Part shown: positions 43,836 through 48,478 of the stretch, piece after piece
Layout: the number at the start of each line of letters is the position of its first letter
Position numbering within the stretch: position 1 is the stretch's first letter
Sequence record: OY757091.1
Strand: one strand, 5' to 3'
DNA length: 48,478 bases
Source of the DNA: Klebsiella phage vB_Kpn_K17alpha61
The notes under the pieces: generated by a model
The model's input: the letters and a program-made list of their open reading frames with translations, nothing else
What the model was told of the DNA's origin: nothing
Database searches by the model: none
Translations under genes and position numbers: made by a program

Positions 43836-44156
43836 ATGATTCACGAAGTTAAATCCGGCGAGCAAGTAGTGGCCACCATCACGCAGCGCCACGTTGTAGC
43901 CTTCCAGATTAACATCCCTGGCACGTTCGATATGCAGTCGCTTGACGTGCCAGTTTGGGCCAACACGGTTGCCATTGATGCAGACGGCTCAATTTGGGCC
44001 TATGAGTCGACCGCCGAAAATGTTCGCCTACTGAGCTACTCGCCTGATTCATGGGTGGATAAGGGGCCGGGCGGAAACAAAATGGTTCAGGTTGGCGAAA
44101 TGGCTCGCTTCCCTGATTGGGCAAAATCGAAGATTGACCTTCGCGCCCTGAAATAG
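43836..44156 (+). CDS. Hypothetical protein
   Basis: MIHEVKSGEQVVATITQRHVVAFQINIPG...; AAGGAG SD. Confidence 0.6.
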   Translation: MIHEVKSGEQVVATITQRHVVAFQINIPGTFDMQSLDVPVWANTVAIDADGSIWAYESTAENVRLLSYSPDSWVDKGPGGNKMVQVGEMARFPDWAKSKIDLRALK

Positions 44157-44196
44157 CACGAATAGCTAAACGCCCGGTCAGGAGATCGGGCATAAT
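44154..44196 (+). promoter_or_regulatory. Marbox-type promoter P7
   Basis: ATAGCACGAATAGCTAAAC (complete match), 22 bp, CATAAT (44191-44196); TAG = upstream stop. Confidence 0.7.
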
Positions 44197-44225
44197 GGCC
44201 ACACACCAAACAACGGAGATTTACC

Positions 44226-44597
44226 ATGAAGCAGATCGTCAAAAACGCAGTAGTCGCCATAGTCGGAACCAACTTCGAAGGCAAGAAAAGCCGCATTCAC
44301 CTTTTGCACGTAGGCAATGATGGAAAAATGCGCGGAGCTTTCAATTACGGCGAGCGCGGGGAGCACCTTCACAGTGACTTGCATTCCGTTATCCAGCCAA
44401 CCACTTTCAACGAATGGCGAACCCATCGGGAATGGCTGCCGGAATACCATTGCGAGGGATTGATTGTAGAATCGTTCGTTGCCAACCCAACGAAACTTAC
44501 CGCCCGCGACTATAAGCGCATGGCCCGCAAGGCGCACAAACTAATGAAACGCACGCCGAAAAGCCACGTGTGGCATATCTTCGCCAACCAACTGTGA
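44226..44597 (+). CDS. Hypothetical protein
   Basis: 123 aa, MKQIVKNAVVAIVGTNFEGKKSRIHLLHVG... Confidence 0.65.
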   Translation: MKQIVKNAVVAIVGTNFEGKKSRIHLLHVGNDGKMRGAFNYGERGEHLHSDLHSVIQPTTFNEWRTHREWLPEYHCEGLIVESFVANPTKLTARDYKRMARKAHKLMKRTPKSHVWHIFANQL

Positions 44598-44608
44598 GAT
44601 CTGACGCG

Positions 44609-44854
44609 ATGGAAGCCGTAACAGTAATTTGCACTCATGCTGGCTATGGGCCACTGGCCCCGCTGTTTACCGTGGGCAAGGAGTATCAAGCCAGCTTCGG
44701 CCCCGGCCTGGATGAAGTCTGGATTTTGCAGGACGACAAGAAAACAACGGAGTTGGGAGAAAACTGGTTAGCGTGCCGTATGCCGGACGAAAAGATCGCG
44801 ATGTTTCTTAACAGACCGTATGAAAACAACGTTCTATTTGAGGTGAAAGTATGA
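44609..44854 (+). CDS. Hypothetical protein
   Basis: MEAVTVICTHAGYGPLAPLFTVGKEYQAS... Confidence 0.6.
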   Translation: MEAVTVICTHAGYGPLAPLFTVGKEYQASFGPGLDEVWILQDDKKTTELGENWLACRMPDEKIAMFLNRPYENNVLFEVKV

Positions 44855-45036
44855 AAGTAAGCAAAAAGAAACTCGCGCTGTATTGGGCCTTCTTCCTGGG
44901 CGGCCTGGTACTGCATGACCACGCAGGCTGGCAGGCGATCGGCATGATTTGCATCATCATTGGGGTATGCCGCCTGTCTGAGATTAACGGGTTCCGCCGT
45001 GGGTATCGGGCAGCGTTCAGCGGCGAAAAAGAATAG
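44851..45036 (+). CDS. Small membrane protein, hypothetical
   Basis: MKVSKKKLALYWAFFLGGLVLHDHAGWQAIGMICIIIGVC hydrophobic segments. Confidence 0.6.
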   Translation: MKVSKKKLALYWAFFLGGLVLHDHAGWQAIGMICIIIGVCRLSEINGFRRGYRAAFSGEKE

Positions 45037-45076
45037 CACTTTTTGTTAAAACTGCCGTAACGTCATTTGATAAAGT
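45034..45076 (+). promoter_or_regulatory. Marbox-type promoter P8
   Basis: TAGCACTTTTTGTTA (TAG = upstream stop), 22 bp, TAAAGT (45071-45076). Confidence 0.6.
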
Positions 45077-45115
45077 GGCGTTACTGAAGTGAACAATCCA
45101 ATCAGGAGCAACGCA

Positions 45116-45334
45116 ATGAACGACAATTTAATCGCACTGCTGGAAGAACTGAATTCCTACGGCTGCGCATACATCGAGCTTTCGAGCGAGCAGGTTATTG
45201 AAGTCGCAATCGACGATGACGCCGGGTTCACCAGATTAAGGGTGGCGGCAGGGGCCGAAGAGGAATTCGAGGACTGCGGCATCCGTGAAGTAACCAACCT
45301 TCTCGAATCCCACCAGGTGAAGGAGATCCGATAA
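45116..45334 (+). CDS. Hypothetical acidic protein
   Basis: MNDNLIALLEELNSYGCAYIELSSEQVIEVAIDDDAG...; CAGGAG leader. Confidence 0.6.
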   Translation: MNDNLIALLEELNSYGCAYIELSSEQVIEVAIDDDAGFTRLRVAAGAEEEFEDCGIREVTNLLESHQVKEIR

Positions 45335-45600
45335 TGAAAACCGTCAAACTTATGGTCGTCAATGCGGCCCGCGAACGTGAGCGCCACCTTATCGGCTGCG
45401 TATTCGATGCCGTCGAGGTGCACGAGCCTCTAGGCACAGTGCACGTAATCCAGGGCGGATACCTGAACGAATTCATCGTCAACCCGCTGGACACCGACGA
45501 AGATTTGACCATCCGTGTTGGCGGCGAGCCGGAAAACGCGCTTTCCACCTGCGGAAAGTATCGAAGGCGTCGCAGCGCAAGTTGCTGGTTCGCGCACTGA
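45334..45600 (+). CDS. Hypothetical protein
   Basis: 88 aa; start overlaps preceding stop. Confidence 0.55.
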   Translation: MKTVKLMVVNAARERERHLIGCVFDAVEVHEPLGTVHVIQGGYLNEFIVNPLDTDEDLTIRVGGEPENALSTCGKYRRRRSASCWFAH

Positions 45601-45821
45601 AGCGCATAGCGAAGCAGCGCGGATACACCGACGCATACATCCGCAAGTTCGGCACGTTCGCTGGCGTAGGCGATTGGGCGCGGTCATGGGCCGACTTTTA
45701 CTTCAACAAATCCGGCGAATTCTGTGCCGCGCATACGGACTGGCTGCATGGAACCGAACACGATCCCGTTAACGGCCACGAGTGGTACGAATTCATTGAG
45801 GCGGAATTAGACGCCCTTTGA
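45582..45821 (+). CDS. Hypothetical protein, possible frameshift extension of upstream ORF
   Basis: MLVRALKRIAKQRGYTDAYIRKFGTFAGVGDWARSW...; TTG start only. Confidence 0.5.
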   Translation: MLVRALKRIAKQRGYTDAYIRKFGTFAGVGDWARSWADFYFNKSGEFCAAHTDWLHGTEHDPVNGHEWYEFIEAELDAL

Positions 45822-45864
45822 TAGCACGAATTGCTAAAACGAACGTCCGGTGATGGTGCATACT
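45822..45864 (+). promoter_or_regulatory. Marbox-type promoter P9
   Basis: TAGCACGAATTGCTA, 22 bp, CATACT (45859-45864). Confidence 0.65.
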
Positions 45865-45896
45865 ATCACCACACCAACAAGCGAGGGAATTTACCA

Positions 45897-46217
45897 ATGA
45901 ACACTACACAAATCATTCACCTGATCCCGTCCGACAACTTCGCCAAAGACGACGACCCGCTATTAGCCGCCGTCATTCGCGCCGGGATTGATTGGGCGCT
46001 TAGTGATGCCTCGTGCGAATCATTCATGCGTGAACCGTTCTCACGAATCGCGGAGCTTGAACAGCAGGTTGCTTTCCTGACTGGTGAACTTCAGGCGGCT
46101 ATCGCCACGATCGAGAAGGTTCGGGAAATCATGCGCACCGAACCTGGCTATGACGTTGAAGATCACGCGCGAGTTTTGCGCATGATGGCCGACGCTTTCG
46201 CAAAGCTCCAGCAATAG
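45897..46217 (+). CDS. Hypothetical protein
   Basis: MNTTQIIHLIPSDNFAKDDDPLLAAVIRAGIDW...; true ATG downstream of track start. Confidence 0.6.
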   Translation: MNTTQIIHLIPSDNFAKDDDPLLAAVIRAGIDWALSDASCESFMREPFSRIAELEQQVAFLTGELQAAIATIEKVREIMRTEPGYDVEDHARVLRMMADAFAKLQQ

Positions 46218-46257
46218 CACGAACCACAAACACGAACCGGGGTTGCTGCATGGCGAC
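46215..46257 (+). promoter_or_regulatory. Degenerate repeat copy P10 (left half only)
   Basis: TAGCACGAACCACAA keeps ATAGCACGAA but loses TAAAA and a recognisable -10. Confidence 0.35.
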
Positions 46258-46282
46258 CCCACCAAAGACAAGGAAAAACATC

Positions 46283-46474
46283 ATGATTTACGCAATTATT
46301 GCCCTGGTGGTTCTTGTTCTGGCCCTGTATGCGTGCGGCTGTTTCCTCATGCGGGCCTTCCTGAAATCTGCGGATTCTACCGACAAGGAAGATCTTTATC
46401 CTGTGCTTTGCTGGCCCTGGATTACACTTTCCGCCGTTGGCAGCGTGATCATTTCCCGCAATTTTAAGTGGTGA
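46283..46474 (+). CDS. Small membrane protein
   Basis: MIYAIIALVVLVLALYACGCFLMRAFLK... Confidence 0.55.
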   Translation: MIYAIIALVVLVLALYACGCFLMRAFLKSADSTDKEDLYPVLCWPWITLSAVGSVIISRNFKW

Positions 46475-46512
46475 GATGGCTATTGGGTTCCAAAAATGGA
46501 TTGCCCGCCAAA

Positions 46513-46555
46513 TAGCACGAATTGCTAAAACCGATCAGGGGTAAGCTGGTATAGT
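46513..46555 (+). promoter_or_regulatory. Marbox-type promoter P11
   Basis: TAGCACGAATTGCTA, 22 bp, TATAGT (46550-46555). Confidence 0.65.
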
Positions 46556-46586
46556 TACCCCATCGAAACGAAACGGAGTTACAGCA

Positions 46587-46820
46587 ATGAAAATCAAAAT
46601 CACCAAAATCAACACTCTTAATGGCGACGGCTCAATTACCCTGGAAGAATGCGGCCTCAAAATCGGAGACGTTCTTGAGGTAGACGGCCACTTCAATGAT
46701 GGCTCATACTGCGTAATTGCCCCGCGCAATAGCGAATTCATCCAGGCTGGTGACAATATCAGCGTGAGCAAAGACGAACGCGAGGTTGTGGAAGAATGGG
46801 CAACAAAATTTGGGTACTGA
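46587..46820 (+). CDS. Hypothetical protein
   Basis: 77 aa, MKIKITKINTLNGDGSITLEECGLKIGDVLEV... Confidence 0.6.
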   Translation: MKIKITKINTLNGDGSITLEECGLKIGDVLEVDGHFNDGSYCVIAPRNSEFIQAGDNISVSKDEREVVEEWATKFGY

Positions 46821-47371
46821 CCTACACTATCGGAACCAATGAGGGGCGCAAGTCGCGCCGCCTCATCTGCGACACCAAAGAGCAGGCGATTAGGCAGCAA
46901 ACCGTTCTTGGTGGCGAACTTGTCGAGTATCTCCGCAAGCCTGAAGCGTTCAAGGTGAACTGGCCGGAAGGCATGGATATCAACGGCGCGTTAGCGAGCC
47001 TGCGTGAAATGCAGAGCAACCCGAAGACGTGGAGCGACTTTCAATGCCTGCGGGCGGAGCCGGAAGTGAAGGATGACCCGTTCACCAATATTCGGGCGCA
47101 GCACGCGGAATGGTCGGATCGCCAGTTCGGTAACGTCGGGCCAGTCGGGCCGCTCAAGCACCTGGCGAAAGAGGCGATCGAGGCCGCCGAAGCGCCGGAT
47201 GACATTAGCGAGTTCGCCGATATCCTCATGTTGGTATGGGACGCAACGCGCCGCGCCGGATTCAGTGATGAGCAGTTGGCTGAAGCGGTGGCGGAAAAAC
47301 TGGAACGAAACAAGCGCCGGGCGTGGGGCGAGGTCAAAGATGGCGAACCTTGCCACCACGTAAAAAATTAA
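46796..47371 (+). CDS. DUF550 / dATP-dGTP pyrophosphohydrolase-like (MazG-type) protein
   Basis: AEWSDRQFGNVGPVGPLKHLAKEAIEAAEAPDDISEFADILMLVWDATRRAGFSDEQLAEAVAEKLERNKRRAWGE. Confidence 0.75.
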   Translation: MGNKIWVLTYTIGTNEGRKSRRLICDTKEQAIRQQTVLGGELVEYLRKPEAFKVNWPEGMDINGALASLREMQSNPKTWSDFQCLRAEPEVKDDPFTNIRAQHAEWSDRQFGNVGPVGPLKHLAKEAIEAAEAPDDISEFADILMLVWDATRRAGFSDEQLAEAVAEKLERNKRRAWGEVKDGEPCHHVKN

Positions 47372-47440
47372 CGAAATCGAATACCGTTTAAAGCGCCTGT
47401 AAGCCATTCTGGCGGGCGCAAATTTAAGGAGTGCGATTGT

Positions 47441-47677
47441 ATGCCTGAATACTCAAAAGTCGAAGATATGCCGATTGGCGCAACGATTACGGGTATCTGT
47501 ATGAGTGAGTCGGTCGACGCCATCAAGCCGCTGGCGTTCCCGGTTACGCAGGTGGAGACGGACAGCAGAAAAGGGTTCATCTTCATCTACAAAAATTTCA
47601 ATAGTCCGCTGCGTGTTGAAGTGTTTATTGCTCGCGGAACATGGGTAGAATGGGAGAAGGCCAAATGTTCGGACTGA
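47441..47677 (+). CDS. Hypothetical protein
   Basis: 78 aa ORF. Confidence 0.55.
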   Translation: MPEYSKVEDMPIGATITGICMSESVDAIKPLAFPVTQVETDSRKGFIFIYKNFNSPLRVEVFIARGTWVEWEKAKCSD

Positions 47678-47898
47678 ATGAAGCGCAGTATAACGCCGTG
47701 AAGCGAGTGGCAAAGCAGATGGCAGCAGAAACCAAAGACGCCATTAAGAAGGACAAGAAGACCTACGATCAGGTTGCCGCGAAGATGATCGACAAACACT
47801 GGGCGCAAATCAACACGCTGGTAACTCGTGGCCAGTTTATCTGGATAGCTGGCTACCTGGAGGGCCGATTCGGTCGCCGGGATGGCGAGTATGAATAA
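47665..47898 (+). CDS. Hypothetical protein
   Basis: MFGLNEAQYNAVKRVAKQMAAETKDAIKK... Confidence 0.55.
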   Translation: MFGLNEAQYNAVKRVAKQMAAETKDAIKKDKKTYDQVAAKMIDKHWAQINTLVTRGQFIWIAGYLEGRFGRRDGEYE

Positions 47899-48026
47899 AA
47901 AACAAGCAAACGATTCAGTGACCTATTGACGCGCTCGCGCTGACCGGGTAACGTGAACCACGTAGACACAAGAGGCGGTAAACATCCGCAAGTCTGGCCC
48001 CGCTTAGGGGCATTTACAAAGGGGTT

Positions 48027-48221
48027 ATGATGCAATATAAGATCATGCTCACGGCAAGAAAAATGGGCGGCTTTTGCAAGTCCTGCATTCAAGAGTTCAG
48101 CATGACGATTGAGGCGAACGACGCCGCCGACGCGGTGGCGAAAGCAAAAAAGCAATCCGGCGTTAATCTGGATACGCATAAAATCAACATCAACTACATA
48201 AGGGAAGTCAATCAATGTTAA
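48027..48221 (+). CDS. Hypothetical protein
   Basis: 64 aa, MMQYKIMLTARKMGGFCKSCIQEFSMTIEAND... Confidence 0.6.
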   Translation: MMQYKIMLTARKMGGFCKSCIQEFSMTIEANDAADAVAKAKKQSGVNLDTHKININYIREVNQC

Positions 48222-48478
48222 CTCTGTTTATTGCACTGTTAATGCTGTTCATAGGCTATCACGTTGGCGCGGCTCATCTTGTCGAGCGCCTTTCAAAGCG
48301 GGTACATGAAGGCACTTTTGCTGCCATGATGTACAATAAGAAAACGGCACGTTGGGAAAAAATTGGCGATCCGGATGGTATCGCAAAACGAATTGCTTTT
48401 TCGCCGCTTCCGTATGTTGACTGTGAGCTATTTGTGAAACTCCAGAAGACGATGAATCGGCGAAACAAACTGATATGA
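48215..48478 (+). CDS. Hypothetical membrane-anchored protein
   Basis: 87 aa, MLTLFIALLMLFIGYHVGAAHL; ends exactly at the window end. Confidence 0.6.
   Translation: MLTLFIALLMLFIGYHVGAAHLVERLSKRVHEGTFAAMMYNKKTARWEKIGDPDGIAKRIAFSPLPYVDCELFVKLQKTMNRRNKLI

Noticed and set aside
24195-46555. TTGCTA/TTGTTA of the repeat as an ordinary sigma70 -35 box
   Set aside because: Spacing to the -10 is 21-22 bp in every case, too long for sigma70. The activator-box explanation fits better.
1-48478. CRISPR arrays, tRNA genes, integrase/attP, diversity-generating retroelement
   Set aside because: No regularly spaced repeats, cloverleaf-like segments, integrase or reverse transcriptase motifs were recognised by eye; tRNAscan-SE and HMM searches would be needed to exclude them formally.

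Overview
The window looks like a complete or near-complete genome (48.5 kb) of a virulent, lambda/HK97-like siphophage of an enterobacterium, opened at the small terminase gene. The left arm (1-20.4 kb, + strand) carries small terminase, an inserted HNH/AP2 endonuclease, large terminase, DUF1073-type portal, head morphogenesis protein, DUF2213 protein, decoration protein, capsid, connectors, tail tube, tail chaperones, tape measure, and M/L/K/I/J-like tail tip proteins. A tailspike on the - strand follows (the supplied track labels it '+', but the sequence shows it is '-'). Next come SSB, ERF, a RecE-like exonuclease and a primase (-), then helicase, VRR-NUC, a Dam-like methyltransferase, metallophosphoesterase, HAD phosphatase, dNMP kinase-like protein and the lysis genes (+). 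A DUF3987 protein, a C5-methyltransferase-like protein and many small unknown genes (-) follow, then a cassette array of small unknown genes (+). No integrase, tRNA or CRISPR was recognised. The main discovery candidate is a dispersed family of about 17 intergenic elements on both strands. Each has the form ATAGCAC(GAATT/TTTTT)GYTAAAAC followed at fixed distance by a TATNNT-like -10. The element matches the host MarA/SoxS/Rob 'marbox' consensus (AYnGCACnnWnnRYYAAAY) in the orientation and spacing of class II promoters, suggesting the phage wired its early/accessory genes to a host AraC-family stress activator. Other notable items are two distantly separated inverted AT-rich GTAAGAT-box regions (possible paired origins), a cluster of TTTGTGG/CCACAAA boxes, a perfect 127-bp tandem duplication, a one-gene spanin candidate, an atypical tail-chaperone frameshift, and fused terminator-promoter elements in the structural region.
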